63,437 nucleotides of DNA, filler included, from Reticulomyxa filosa (GCA_000512085.1; 22 parts of 22 records of this genome joined end to end with filler, not necessarily neighbours in it), one strand, 5' to 3'; shown: positions 12,202 through 26,292, counted from the first letter of the whole stretch. A program made the numbers and translations. The notes: generated by a model not told the origin, from the sequence alone.

Positions 12202-14899
12202 ATGTCTCAAGGAAGAAAAAAACTAGATACCACACCTGCAATGAATGGTCTCTCTACTCGAGGACGTACCCGCCGGCGGAAGTCAACATTGGAGGGTATT
12301 CAACTAGAAGACACTGAATGGCGTCCAATGGAGAAAATCCCATTAGATAGCAAAGAAGGGGTCAATACATTTGTTTACAACCCAAATCACATTCGTTTCG
12401 TCACTATTTTTTTTTTTTTTTTTAATCTCTTTCACCAATAGATATTGAGATAAAATAACAAACTGAATAATAAAGCAATAAACTTGGAAGACGTTTTACC
12501 GGAAGCAGGGAAGATCAGAAGTAATCCGCCGAAGCACGTGTATTACGTCAACATATTGCACATGAAGAGAAAGCAAAAAAGCACAGCAAACAACGCAATG
12601 ACAATTGGAATGGATGGCGACCCCTTTTTATATCCATCGGAAGGTCCAGTGAAATCTGAGCAAGCATCATTTGGAAATGCGAACTCCGACACGAGTGCAA
12701 ATATGTCCGTGTCGTCTTCGCCAAGGTATTATTGATGTATTTACCAACAAACAGTAAGGAAAGAGGAGAATATTGGATAAATTAAAAGTGGGATTTATTT
12801 GTTGTTGTTATTATTGGTGGTGAGGGGGCGCATAGTTTAAGTGTCGAGCTACCAAAAAAAAAAAGACGATTAACAACTGACCTGCGAATGAAAGAGGACA
12901 AAATGAATATAAATATGACGACAGCGTCGGCATCAGGTGCAATGCCGACCACAACGGCAACGACAGCGACAGCAACAACAACAACAACAACAACGACGAC
13001 GACAGCGATGACGACGATGACGACAACGACAATGTCAATGCCGACTACCACAGCCACAGGCTCGAGTACAGCAATGTCCGCATCGACATCAATGTCAACA
13101 GGCACGGGGACGAGTGCGAATAGCGAAGGCGAGTCGTTTGATGACTTTGAGTACTATGTGCATTATCATGCGTTCGATCGGCGATTGGATGAATATGTAA
13201 GCAGTGACCAAATCGTGTTTGAGTTGAGCTTGGCCACACGCGTCATGAAGGCGATGTATCAAATGCTACCCAAAAATATGACAATGACAGACGACATGTC
13301 CGGCGTCGCCAATGCGAATGACCAAGACGCGGGATTTCAGGAGGACATGTCGATGACCAGCCATGACCATTACAGCAGTGCCTTCCAATCCGTCCTATCG
13401 TCCAATAACAAGTCCAAACTGTCCTTTTTCGATTGGCTTACTTTTGGAGACAACCAAAAGGACGATAAAATAACTGCTGCCACGTCGACGATGAAAGACC
13501 TAACCATCTGTTCTGCAACGGAGAGAATCGATATCCCATGCAGTAATAACGGGGTTTACCAAGGTTACAATTTGAAAGACAGAAAGCAAATCAAATTGCT
13601 GGCCGAACATTCTATGATCATTAAACAAAGAGATTGCCAATGGCGTGCAGATAATTACAATGACGAATGTGACTTTAAAGAGGAAGACTTACGGGCCCAT
13701 CAGCAAAGCACCAAAGTCAAAAATTTCAGCCATGTTGTCATTGGTTGGTGTGTATGTGTTTATATATACATATATGCACATATATGCATATATATGCATA
13801 TGCATATGTATGTATATGCATATGTATGTATATGCATAGGCAAATATCGTGTGAAAACATGGTATTTTAGCCCAATCCCACAAGAGTATCGCACCGCCAC
13901 GACACTATATTTCTGTGACTTTTGCTTGTCTTTTTTTGCGCATTTGTGTGAGTTGCATTATCACATGAGCAAATGTCAAATGACACACCCTCCCGGAGAT
14001 GAGATTTATCGATCGAAAGAACACAATTGCTTAATATCTGTATTTGAAGTGGATGGCGCGCTGGAACCAATGTATTGCCAAAATATCAGCTACTTGGCCA
14101 AATTTTTTTTAGATCACAAAACTTTGCAGTATGACACCACCAGCTTTTATTTTTACATTGTCACACAAGTCAGCGACTATGGCTGCCATTTTTTGTCATA
14201 TTTTAGCAAAGAAAAAAATCCAGAAAAAGAATTCAACTTGTCGTGCATTATGACGTTGCCTTGCCATCAGCGAAAAGGTTTAGGTACCTTTATGATGTCT
14301 CTCAGCTATGGATTGTCGAAGATTGAACAAAAATTGGGTATGTTTTTTGTGTGTTATATATATGTGTATACATATACAAGTGCGTTTCTTGATGAATGTA
14401 ATGTCAAATTTTTATTACGATATTGAACAAAATAGGGACGCCGGAAACACCTTTATCAGATCTGGGATTGATTTCATATCGCAAATATTGGGCAACGGAA
14501 ATATTGAAAGTCATCCGTAACAAGCTGAATCGATACAAACACAAAACTAGAAATATGAGTAATGATGACAGTCTTACTTTATCGACAAAAGATGAAGATG
14601 ATGAAAATGATGCGAGATTATCCGTTGGAGACATTTCCAAATGTACTGGATTTAAACAAGATGACATTTGGTGGACACTAGTCGATATGGGAGTTTTGCG
14701 CCGCAAAATTTTGAAAGAAAAAGAAAGTGGCAACACATTAAAAGAGGATTATGTACTTGCTGTTAATCAAGATATTTTTGATAAATATTTAAAACCAAAG
14801 GAACTCGACCCTAATGACATTTATGTTGGCTTATGCAAGCAATCGTTGATACATTGGGTTCCTCATAGTTATTCTCAGCAAAATGCTACAAAAAAATAA
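12202..14899 (+). CDS. MYST-family histone acetyltransferase (Esa1/Tip60/MOF-like) with a Tudor-knot (chromobarrel) domain
   Basis: Motifs: YYVHYHAFDRRLDEYV; IGKYRVKTWYFSPIP; a C2HC finger (CDFC...HMSKC); HPPGDEIYR; KFFLDHKTL; NLSCIMTLPCHQRKGLG; GTPETPLSDLG. Introns 12395-12475, 13744-13839, 14338-14435, plus one poorly resolved intron near 12726-12840. Confidence 0.95.
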
Positions 14900-15269
14900 A
14901 ATAATGTACGCAATACTCTTGTTCATGATTGCACTGTTTTTCTTGCTCAATTTTATCTTGCTTTTCCAATGACAATGCACATTTCCAACAAACATTATCT
15001 TTGATGTTTACCTTATCATTTTAAAAGATAATCAGTATCACAATAATAATTTTAAAAAATTTCTACACTTTGAAGACTACTGTGGTGCTGGCAGATTGTG
15101 ATAAAAAATTAATTTTTTTCCGTTAAAGCTAAATTAGCTCAAAGATTTCTTGAATAAAAAAACTGCAAAACTTTGTAGAGAAAAGAAAAAAGACAAATTT
15201 CGGATGTTGAAAGTTGTTTGAAAAGAGATAAATTAGCGAAACTTTAAACATCAAACACAAAAAACAATG

Positions 15270-18200
15270 TCACTCCTGTTTCTGGCTCTTCCAAAAACAC
15301 GAATTAGCAACAGTCTGCAATAAACCAACAATCTCCGGGTCGCATGCATTCATGTCAACAAAAGGGAGGAATTGGTATTTTGGATGTTGAATGAGCTGCA
15401 TAAATGTAACGAGTAAGCCCCATGGGTGTGGCCTGTGTACAACAAGTCTTTCCAACAGCACTCTGAGAATTTCTTCTTTGTACTGCTCTTCGCAATTCCA
15501 GAACAAAAACAATACGCATTCGCTGCAAAATAGACTATGAGAGTTAGGGAATCGTAAGTTATTGCACAATGAATTCAAGAGATGATATCGACCTTCGGCA
15601 TCCAAACTTAATAAAATGGTCTGCACGAACAAATAGCGTCGTTGCAGCAAACGAGGACTCAATTGTGCAGTTTGTTGGCATAAGTACAATACCATTGCTC
15701 CAACCAAGTCAAGTTCGTATTGAATGACAAATCCTTCTTTGCAACTATTTTTGACATTGGACATTTGATTGGGACTGCTGACAAAAAGAGCAGCTAACTC
15801 CAAGCACATCTCTTGCCACGTGTCCGTGGTTTCCAGGGATAGGCAATAATCAATTATTTCTTGAAGAGCAGGAACAGCCTCCAAGCACATCAAATAGTCT
15901 TGAGCGATTTTGGGTTCCAAATGAATTTTTGGGATTTGATCCATTTTCAGATTGGGGTCAAAAGCGTCAGGTAAAACAATATCTTTTGGAAAGGCACTTA
16001 AAACGAGATTGCGCATTTGGATGCAACTGATGGGGATATTTTGACAAAACACGAAGTGATTTTCGCATAAAAAGTTAGGGAAATCGTGCAGTAATACGAG
16101 AAGTGTGCGCAAAATTCCTTTGAATAGCAAAGCGATGGAGTCATTGATTTCGCTAGTACTCAAAAATGGATCAAGGAAGCGAAAGCATTCCATTAGCAAG
16201 TCTCGGAATCTGGTGGGAAGATAATGAGGATCCGTCGAACTCAAAATTTTGGACATAAAAGTGCGATGAGATAGAATATGGAACCATCCGAAAACAAATT
16301 CGGGTAAGTTTTGAGGTTTACAGCGATTTAAAAAAGAAGCAACCGACCCAAGCACACGTTGTTGCCATTCCTGTCCACTTGAATGGAGCAGCACATCCTC
16401 CATGACCCGCAGTACTAAGCGCACATAAGGCTTTTGATGGAACGAGCCCTGACGAACTCGAGCAGTGATATCTTCCGACAGTGCATTCAAAAAAACGTCG
16501 AGCGAAGAGAAAGGAGCTCTGGAATTAGCATTCTGCAAGTCGTGGTCGTGATATTTCACGAGCGCCACAATCAGCAATGCAAACTCATCACACGTGTTCA
16601 TCCATAGTCCCTCTTTCGAATGTAAAATCGTCAAGCAACGATGTGTGATGGCCTTTACGCTAAGCAGAATGAGATGATGCCATTGGGAATGTTGCAGCAC
16701 TCGCATTTCCTCCACATATCTGTGCCAATAGACAAATGATTGATGCAAATCGTGTTCCGCCAAAGTGCCAAACCATTTTTCAGTAAAACGACGACTGGCT
16801 CCATCGAGGTGGCTGTTTGAAGTGCAAAGCTGTTTGTGCTCATCATGGACTCTTGTTCCTTTTCATTTTTGTCTTTGTTTTTATCTTTGTCTTTATCCAT
16901 GTCTTTGTGTTTATTATCTCTATCTCTGTCCCTGTCTTCATGGATGGCACTTAGACCTGCGCCTTGCGGATCTGTCCACAGCTGTATCTTGCCAATTTGT
17001 TTGAGTGCTTGAATGGTCTTGGTAAAGTTCTCCGTCACATTGATTCGACTATCTAGAACATAGCATGCCAACATGCCGACGCAATTGTCTCTGGCCTCGA
17101 TCAGCTCGGCATCATTCGAGTATTGGGTTTGCAGGATGACTTCAGAAAAGCGATCGTCAAAATGGGACATGCCAAGCAAATGGACGCGGAACAGATCAAA
17201 CACAATGTGAACGTTTTGGCACATGCGCAAGTTGGACTGGCCTAGCCACAGTTTGGTGATATCTTCAACGCAAGACACATGTCTCGCTTGGACGAGAGAT
17301 AGGATCCAAAAGATGCTTTCTCGCAAGAGGTTCGAAGATGCATTTGCAATTAGGCAATCCAAAATGGACTGAATGCCAAGGATGGCCGCTCTACTTTTCC
17401 CCTCTTCTTTTGAAAAGCGCGGCTGATATAGAGCCAGGAGGAGATCGGCGATACTCCGTGCCAAGTTTTCCAATTTAATATTTTGTCGATATTCTCGCAC
17501 GCGAGCACTTTCGTGCTTGGGATTGGATAGCACGTAGTTTTTCAGTTCCTGTAACTTTTCCGTGAACTTGGCAAACGTGATATTATAATGGACCGACTCC
17601 ATTCCAGGGTACTCGCTCTTCACTCCTCGAAGCATATGTCGAATCGTCACAAAGTCTTCGTACAGCCTTTTTGCATTCGCGAATGGATCTCTTGCAATTT
17701 CAATCGCACTCCTTCTTTGTTCGCGCGCGTGCTGTCATCTCGCCGCTCGTACACGGCACGCAACATGCGATGCGTGCGCTCCAAAGCTTTGTCTGCTGCA
17801 CGCTTTTCGGCGAGATTGCATGCAAAGTTCAGATTGGCGTCGATGATTTTGTTAATGCTCGCAACCAACTCCTTTTCCATGTTCTTCGTGTTGATACCAC
17901 TCTTTTTCAAAAAGTGCTTAATGTTGCTTTCCAACGCCTGTCTCATTGGCTCGCGACAAGTAACCAACGTGAGTGCCCCAGCCAATGCCTGACACATCAA
18001 ACTGGCGTTCTTTTCGATAATCTGTCCGTCTCCTTCAAAGATGGTGTCTTTCAACACTAACTCGCGCGTACACGTCATCGCCACATTCACGTCCTTTTCC
18101 ATCACGGAACTTGCGCTCACGGCGGCGTCGAGCGCATGCGCAAACAAATGTCTGAATTGACTCACCTTCTGCGCCGCATACGAGTTTTCGTCCACGTGGA

Positions 18201-18391
18201 TGAATTGAGCCAAATTCGGAATTGATGTTGGTTTGTTTTCAAACATGCTTGCGGACTTGATGTTCGTACTGGCTCCTACATTGCTGTGAGTACCATTGTT
18301 ATCATTGTTATTGTTATTGCTTACGTTATTTGCATTTATATTATTGTTGTTGTTATTGTTATTGTTATTATTATTATTATTATTATTATTA
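15270..18391 (-). CDS. CNOT1: CCR4-NOT complex subunit 1, C-terminal portion (two one-base frameshifts at ~17670 and ~16778)
   Basis: Motifs: TRELVLKD...LAGALTLVTCREPMR; LRTLLVLLHDFPNFLC; CIQMRNLVLSAFP; NNLRFPNSHS; RVLLERLVVHRPHPWGLLVTF. Three ORFs join when one A is added to each of two A5 runs. Confidence 0.95.
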
Positions 18392-19852
18392 NNNNNNNNN
18401 NNNNNNNNNNNNNNNNNNNNNNNNNNNNNNNNNNNTTAATTAATTAANNNNNNNNNNNNNNNNNNNNNNNNNNNNNNNNNNNNNNNNNNNNGTTATATGT
18501 GAATTGGGTTTATATCCTTCAAATAACCATGTTCCATTGGACTTGTTTCAAAAAAAAAAAAAAAAAGCATTTTTGAAACTGTTTCAAAGAGTGCAAAAAT
18601 ATCAATTTTCATTGTTGGTCCAACATTTCTCAAATCACTGTTGTTGGTGGCATTGTTGTCGACTGTGGTCATTGTTTGCAATTGACATGCACTATATCTT
18701 GCTACGTTCACTAACTTTTGCATGACTGTTTTGTTGTGCTAACGAGCGGTCAACAATGAGCAAAACAAAAAAATTTAAATAGATACCTAAATTTAAAATT
18801 TAGACTACATAATAATAGACAAAAAGCAAACGAAGTAAAGATCTTCTTTTCAGTTCCTTTAAGGACACCCACATTTTTTTTTTGAAACAATCAACCCCTT
18901 TGTAACTGCAAAAAAAACACATCTTGATTAGACTTGACGTTGATTACATTAAATTAAATGATAAAATAATTTAAAAAGCTAAACATTTAAACATTTAATG
19001 TTGAAATTGATATATGTGTATATACATACAAATAAATAAAATATATATATTTTTGTTTATTTATTTAAAAAAAAGCTAACTTGTAGCGACTGCGAAGGAG
19101 TTGGGGACAGTTTGTTGGACGAAGTGGCGCATGACAGCGACTATTGTAAGTGACTATGTTCGTGCGTAGAGTTTTTCTTTGCTAGCGACGACAGCCGGGT
19201 CAGCTTGGTCGCATCGGCATTGACTTCGTTTGGTCCGTCGCATGAGCTTTGTATCACAAAATGGCCCAAAAAGCCGTTGTTGTTATTGCATTCTCAATTG
19301 TTATTATCTTTTTCTTTTTCTTCTTGTTGTTTTCTTCTGTCCGATCGACCGTAATAAGCATCTTTGGAATGAGAGGTCAGGGGTACTGTCCCAAGTCACA
19401 TCCTTTGGAACCCATATTTGGATTTATGTTTTCTTGATCTGCGATATCGACTTTGGCCACGGCGTTTGTGTTTGGAGACACCTTACAATGGATAGTAAGT
19501 ATGTTTTGTCAAACGTTTGAAAGATGCCGAGCGAGTTGTAAAAATATTTAAATGAATTAGCTAAAACATGTACCATTAAAATAAAAAATCTTCCAAAATA
19601 TCACACTCATAGCCTCGTTCATGTAGTGTTAGCTCAAAAAGACAACTAATCTTTAAAATCTGCTATTTGTCACTATATAATTTAATCGTTACAATTGCAT
19701 TTATTGTTATGTTCAGTACAAACATTTTAAAAAATAAATTCACTATTGACAAACTACGTAAACGCACAAAAAAAGACCGAAGAGTAAGGGAAAAGCGAAA
19801 AAGATAAAGCAAGTAAATTCAGTAGGAAAAGAGCTCAAAGAAAAAAAAACGA

Positions 19853-20584
19853 ATGATGGACATTAACACTGGTAGCATTTACGGTTTCTTGACATTATTA
19901 AACAAAGATGGCACTCCATCTCAGAGGATAGGTTTGCAACAAGACGAATATATCTTTGGACGAGAAGAAAGCGCGTGTGACGTGATAATTTCTCAAAAGA
20001 ACGTGTCGAGAGAGCATGCGAAGCTATGGATTGATAGGAAGAAGTCACAAATTTGGATAAGTAATATTTCGAAGCAAAACAAGTTATTGAAAAATCTGGA
20101 CATGGTCGAGTGTGGCGACAAAAAGTCGATTGTGAACAACGACAATATTGATATTTGTGGTCATTGTTTTGTGATCGAGTTGTGTTCAGGAGCAAGCCCA
20201 CAAAAGGATTTTTTGGTGAAAAAGATACATGTAAGTGATATTTGAATTTATTTTTTTTGTTTTGTTTTCTTATGGGTTTATTTCAGATCAACCAAACAAA
20301 AAAAAAAAAAAAAAAAAAAAAAAGGGTGTGGTCCGAAAAAACAAAACAACAAAAAGGCAATGTCAACGAGTAGCTCGAACCATGAAAGTATGTCGAGTGA
20401 CAGCAATGAAAAGGACATTGAAACGCCAGTGGTTCGACTTAAGAAAAGGTCCGCTTGCAACTCAACTGTAAAACGCAACACCACAGCATGTGAGCAAAGA
20501 GATTGGCAAGACGGTTTGTATTGTTGTTGTTGTTGTTGTTGTTGTTTTTGTTTTTTTGAATATTTACGATTTGTATTTGATTTT

Positions 20585-20623
<39 letters not shown>
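19853..20623 (+). CDS. FHA-domain protein, 5' part
   Basis: YIFGREESACDVIISQKNVSREHAKL...SNISKQN contains the FHA GR, SxxH and N motifs. Introns follow from ~20231; the downstream phase is unresolved. Confidence 0.82.
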
Positions 20624-20726
20624 NNNNNNNNNNNNNNNNNNNNNNNNNNNNNNNNNNNNNNNNNNNNTTAATTAATTAANNNNNNNNNNNNNNNNNNNNN
20701 NNNNNNNNNNNNNNNNNNNNNNNTAC

Positions 20727-20758
<32 letters not shown>

Positions 20759-20769
20759 GTATATAAAGA

Positions 20770-23469
20770 ATGTGTCTTTTATTTGTTCCGACTCCGTGGG
20801 TGTCCGCACGAGTGACTACAATAGAAAACGGCAAAGAGAGTGTTGATAAGAAACAAGGCCAAGTAAGCCTAAGCGAAGAGAACAAAGATAAAGATAAAGA
20901 TAAAGAAAAAGACAAGGATAAAGACAAGGATAAAGAGAAGCAGATGAGAGCGCAAGAGCGGAGAGAGAAAAGACGAATGATACAACGACAAGAGCGCTTT
21001 TTACAAAAGTTGATCGGCTCGCCCACCGACGGCAGCAAAGACAGAGGAGACAAGACACATCGTGACGACACAAAGTGGAGACATACAAAGGGTGACGGCG
21101 ATGGCGATGGCGATGGCGATGGCGATGGTGATGATGATGATGATGACGATGAAGAGTATGAAAGACAGAAGCAGCAGACCAAGAGAGATAACAAAGACGA
21201 AGACACAAAGAAAGAGAAGAAGAAAAAAGAAGGAAAAAAATAAAACGACATAATAAAAATAATGATAAGAATAAAAAGAATAACAATGATAAAAAGAAGA
21301 ATAGAAATGATAGATCGTCGAGTAGTGATGGTGATGAAGAAGAGTCGAGCAGCAGAGCAAGTTCGGGGAGCAAGCGAGTGCAAGTGAAGAAGCTGCCGTA
21401 CACAATAAATTGGACAAACCGACTGTATGGAGCGATGCGCGTGCTGACGCAGATCGTGGAGTCTGAGGACGTGCACAACGACTGTGTATTGGCGCTGGAC
21501 GAGTGGTTCGCAAAGGTGTGTATGGACTTGCTGCGTCGCTGTTCGAAGGCGGGTTACGGCATATTGGAGGCCTTCTTGCAATTGTTGAAAGCAATCTTGT
21601 ATCGATTTGGACAGCATAGTGACAAACTTCCGCAATCCAATGTCGCAAAACTGCTGTGCCAACATCCCAAGAGTCTGTTGGACATTGTCACCCGCCAAAC
21701 GTCCACGCTGGTTACCAGAGTCATTGCTTTGGAGCTGTGTCCGCTCCTCATGGTCACGTGCGACAACAGTCAGTCCTTTGCCCAACAGTGTCTACTCACT
21801 GTCCTGGACGACGGCAGATTCAACCCTTTCGAGCCTGGAGATATCACCATGACCAAGACCTTTCGTCGTGGCGGCGCTTCCAAGGAAAAGCTGCACAGCA
21901 TTCATCCCGATAACCCTTGGTCCAGAGGATACACCGTCAATGATAACATATCCTCTCTTTTGTTCCACAATATGGACCAAGTCTTTATCGACACCGAAAC
22001 CGTCATGCGTTTGACTTTTATCACCGTTTTGAAAGCTATGAACACTTTGGTTCGTTTATATATATATATATATTTATTTATTTATTTATTTATTTGATTT
22101 GTTTTGTTTTGACTATAAACTTTACACTTATTATACCATTCTTATATACCAACAATAGCTGGCACGAATTGAACACATGGAAGTTGAACTTGAACGCAAA
22201 GAGTCCCTCCATTTGCTTGATAAAGACGACCAAAGTGAACACACTCCAATCCTCGGTGATCCCAAAACTCCCATGGACAAGTCTTCCTATCTGATGACCG
22301 GCAGCGGGGCCTCCGAGGAAAACATGGACGAAGACTTGCAACAGGTGGACCGATTGGAAGGAGAATTTGACGACAGCACAGCTCGCAAAATTCGCAACTT
22401 TTTCTCTCGCGATGCAAGCTACACCAGACATCGGATTTTGGAAATGTGCTGCGAAGAGGACGATGTGCTGATCGAGGTGCTGCTGGAGTTGCTTATGATC
22501 GAAACTGCACTGCGTCGCTCCAATTCAAGGTTGGCTAAGCGCATCCGTTATTTGTTCGACCCTTTCCTGTTGTTGCACGATTTTATCGATTTAGTGGATG
22601 CCGACCACTCTTTGCTGCTAGAGTGGATCATCGGGAATGACACTAGTTTCACTGAGTATTTCATCCGCTTTTGCAAACGAATGTCCTTGAATTGGCATCC
22701 AACCAATGCCGATCCAGGTTATATATATATATATATATACATATATGTATATATATATTATTTGTCCATATCAGTGAATATGCTTGTCTCATCAAAAAAT
22801 AAAATAAAAAAAAAAGAACAAGTAAATCGAGTGATGGGAATATTGATTCGTCTTCGTATGCATATCAACACATTACAAGAACACAAATTGCTACCGTTTT
22901 GTCCGAAACTGCTCTTGAAAGCAATGGAAAAGATTGAGTTTTGCTATGAGTCGGACGGGGATACCTATTCCCAAGCTGTTCAAATGTGGACGGACATTCA
23001 GACCGGCATGGACGCGACGAAGCAAGTGCAAAAACAAAAAGACAAGCTATCTGGGAAAAAAAGTGGTGGCAGCCCTCCAACAACGAAACACGTAAAGAAA
23101 GTCAAAGTGAGTCCACTGTTCTTGCAAAATGTGCGATCCAAATCGATTCAGACGACGGATGAATCCCCCGATCGTTCCGTGGACGCCTCTCATCCTTTCC
23201 CCAAACGGAGTCAATCGCAGATCACTAGAACGTCTGTTAATGAAAAAACAAAGCTATTCGAATGTCAAATCGAACCCATTGAATTACCCAAGTCCAAATC
23301 TACCTCCAACTCCAAGTCTACGCCCAGTCCAAAACGAAAGCAAATGCACTCCAATAAGGTCGTCACCACACCTCAGGGCCAATCTACTGCAATCATGCTG
23401 GATCAGATATTAAATAAACATAAGCACACCGAGGAAAATGCCACGCCTTCCACTGACAATTACGATTAA
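20770..23469 (+). CDS. Protein Lines (LINS1)-like, 5' truncated; one-base frameshift at ~21240
   Basis: EEDDVLIEVLLELL, FDPFLLLHDFIDLVDADHSLLLEWIIGNDTSFTEYFIRFCK and RVMGILIRLRMHINTLQEHKLLPFCPKLLL resemble the conserved Lines blocks. Introns ~22051-22158 and 22718-22816. Confidence 0.7.
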
Positions 23470-23501
23470 CATTATTGTCGCCATAATTGCCATCCAATAA
23501 C

Positions 23502-23537
<36 letters not shown>

Positions 23538-23637
23538 NNNNNNNNNNNNNNNNNNNNNNNNNNNNNNNNNNNNNNNNNNNNTTAATTAATTAANNNNNNN
23601 NNNNNNNNNNNNNNNNNNNNNNNNNNNNNNNNNNNNN

Positions 23638-23675
<38 letters not shown>

Positions 23676-23679
<4 letters not shown>

Positions 23680-25182
23680 CAGTACAGGAGTCGAAAGAAC
23701 AGTTTTCATCGTTGCTGGCGCAAGACGGACAAGACGTGACGCTCATCGCAGAGTATGTGACTCTGCTGCTGGACATGCGCGCGTACGAAGAGGCGAAGGA
23801 TCGGCTGCTCGCTCTGGCACAGCGCAATCCCAGCGACTTGAGCATGCGGTTCAAATTGGGCGTGGTGTACTTGGCTTTGAAGTGCTACAATGAAGCGCAA
23901 ATGGCCTTTCAACACGTGCTGCAGGTGGACCCCATGCATCACGGCGCCTATCACAATTTAACGACAGTGTTGGAAAAGCAATTGAGTCTGTTGGAAATCG
24001 AATTGGCCAAAGCAAAGGAAAAAGAAAAGGAAACGGAAAAAAAAACAGAAACAAAAGAACAAGAACAAGGACAAGGACAAGAACAAGAACAAGGACAAGA
24101 ACAAGAACAAGGACAAGAACAAGAAGAAAAAAACAAAGATAAAGATAAAGATAAAACAATATCATTTGTATCTCAATTGGAAAAATTAATCGAAGAAAAA
24201 AGAATGTACCAAATATTATAACCAATGGGTCGCTGTGACAGTAAACAAGAAACAAAAGAAGACGCCCAATGCGACCGACTCAAATGCGTCCGCCGCAAAA
24301 GAGAAAATCATCGAATGCCAAAAAAGATGGTTCAACTACTTGTGGCATTATGGCAACCGCGACACGGCTGTCCAATTCTGGGTCGCTTGCGTCGAGCAAT
24401 TTGAACGCACCAAAAACCGAAAAGCTCTAAGTGCCATGTATTCACACTATGGAAAGCTGTTGGCACAAGAACAGACCTTTACTCATTCAATTCACACTAA
24501 CGCATCTTCGTCGGAACAAAAAACAAGTGAACAAGAGCCCTCTCTTGCTTCTTCTTCTTCTTCTTCTTCGATTCTTCGACCAAAGGCTAACACTCCCTCG
24601 GAATACTTTCAACAGGCCTTAATTTATGACGACACAAATATTGATGCTTTGAAAGGATACGCTGGCGTACGAGTCAGCGAAAATCAACTTGAAAAGGCCT
24701 TGAGTTTGTTACAGTTATATCCAAGCAATTTCTCTGTAATTCCTGTCCTTCTTCTCATTGCAATATATTCATTTTTATTTTATTTTTTTTTCTTGTTGAT
24801 CTCGTTTATGTGTATATATATGTATATATGTACATATATATATTACATATATGTCCATATATTATATTATATACATACGCACAGAAAAGCCCTCGACTTG
24901 AATGAACGCAACGCCGACACACGTGTGCAACTGTCTCGATTGCAAAGGAGAATCCACTCTGGCAGCAAAGGAATGGAAATTGCCAAAGAGTTGCTATTGG
25001 CAGGTCTGAAATTGGAAGTCACTAATGTGCAGATTTTGGAAGAATTGGTGGAGTTACTCATTCTCATTGGCGATGCTCAGCTCGCTGAAAAGTATTGCTG
25101 GTCCTTGCTCAAATACGACCCAAAGAATACCACTGGTCTTCGATCTATCGTTGCAACTGTTTGTACTGCTCAAACCAAATAA
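23676..25182 (+). CDS. Tetratricopeptide-repeat protein (partial; frameshift at ~24200; one intron)
   Basis: Several TPR-like units, e.g. FKLGVVYLALKCYNEAQMAFQHVLQVDPMHHGAYHNL and AEKYCWSLLKYDPKN. Confidence 0.8.
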
Positions 25183-25319
25183 TCTAATATATTATATATA
25201 TATATATAATATATTAGATNNNNNNNNNNNNNNNNNNNNNNNNNNNNNNNNNNNNNNNNNNNNTTAATTAATTAANNNNNNNNNNNNNNNNNNNNNNNNN
25301 NNNNNNNNNNNNNNNNNNN

Positions 25320-25905
25320 ATGATGATGATGATGATGATATATGTTTTTGTTGCCCCTTTGATTCAATGGTCTTCCATTTCATCATTGCACGTGTAATTC
25401 TCTCCGATTCCCACAGATATCTCTCCAAATGATATTCCAACCACTCCCATTCCCATTCCATCGTACCGTTCTTTCTTTGTGCCAAATAACTCTGTTGCCA
25501 ATGCTTCATGCTCTCTGGTGATGCACGCAGCAGCACGTTCCCTTGTGCATCCACGTTCACTAGTCGTCCATTAAAGTCATTTATGCTCTCCATTATCTCC
25601 TTTGGGACTGTCGTCATTGTTGTTGGTTCCTTGTTCTCGTCTTCCTTTGTCTTTTCATGCGATAATGACACTGTCTTGTTTTTACTTGATTTATTATTGC
25701 TTGTTGCAATGTCCAGACTTCTTTTCTTTGATACTTCTCGTGCTTGCTCTCTTCTCATTCTTTTCGCATTCCCGCTCCACTGTCGCACTCGCTTCATTTG
25801 AAAACACCATCTTCTCACTTCTTTCAGGTGCGGCAGTCTTGAGAAGGAGTCGCTTCTTAGCTTATTCCAACCACAACCAAACCCTAGGATGCTGAAATGA
25901 TTCAT
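25320..25905 (-). CDS. Hypothetical protein, 5' part
   Basis: ATG-initiated open frame of about 195 codons running into the contig end. No family recognised. Confidence 0.5.
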
Positions 25906-26292
25906 TTCGGCAGAGATTAGTCCACAATTGAAACATAAGTTTCAATACAAAATGATTATCATTTTTTCCCTCCATCTCCCCCCCCTTTTATTTCTTCGTC
26001 TGAACTAAACTCACCATCTTTCTTTGCCCAAAAGGTCAAAGTGGATTTATTTATTTACTTTTTTTCCTCCACAATGTTTAACATGTTTGAGAAAGTGCTT
26101 GAGAGAAGGAAAAAAAAAAGATAAGCTATGGTCCGATTTTGTGAAAAATGAAAAAATAAACACATGTTCTGTAAATGTATTAATATAATCATCTATGTTC
26201 ATTTACTGTTCAAAATATGCAAAATGTATTGTAATAATAGCAAAATAAAATCACGACGTATTTGAAAAAAGCAAAAAAAAAAAAAAAAAAGA

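Noticed and set aside
13744-13839. Hydrophobic Tyr/Ile/Met/His-rich protein segments within ORFs (also at 22718, ~24800, ~45480 and ~47100)
   Set aside because: These are stop-free introns made of AT/ATGC repeats. Where checked, removing them restores conserved motifs.
16770-21245. Euplotes-like programmed frameshifting at AAA-stop sites
   Set aside because: Only the 21240 site has AAA-TAA, and it needs -1 rather than +1. Directions are mixed and the bacterial gene shows the same defect.
20676-21785. Long minus-strand ORFs (369, 220 and 215 aa)
   Set aside because: They are antisense to low-complexity exons of the Lines-like gene and show no motifs.
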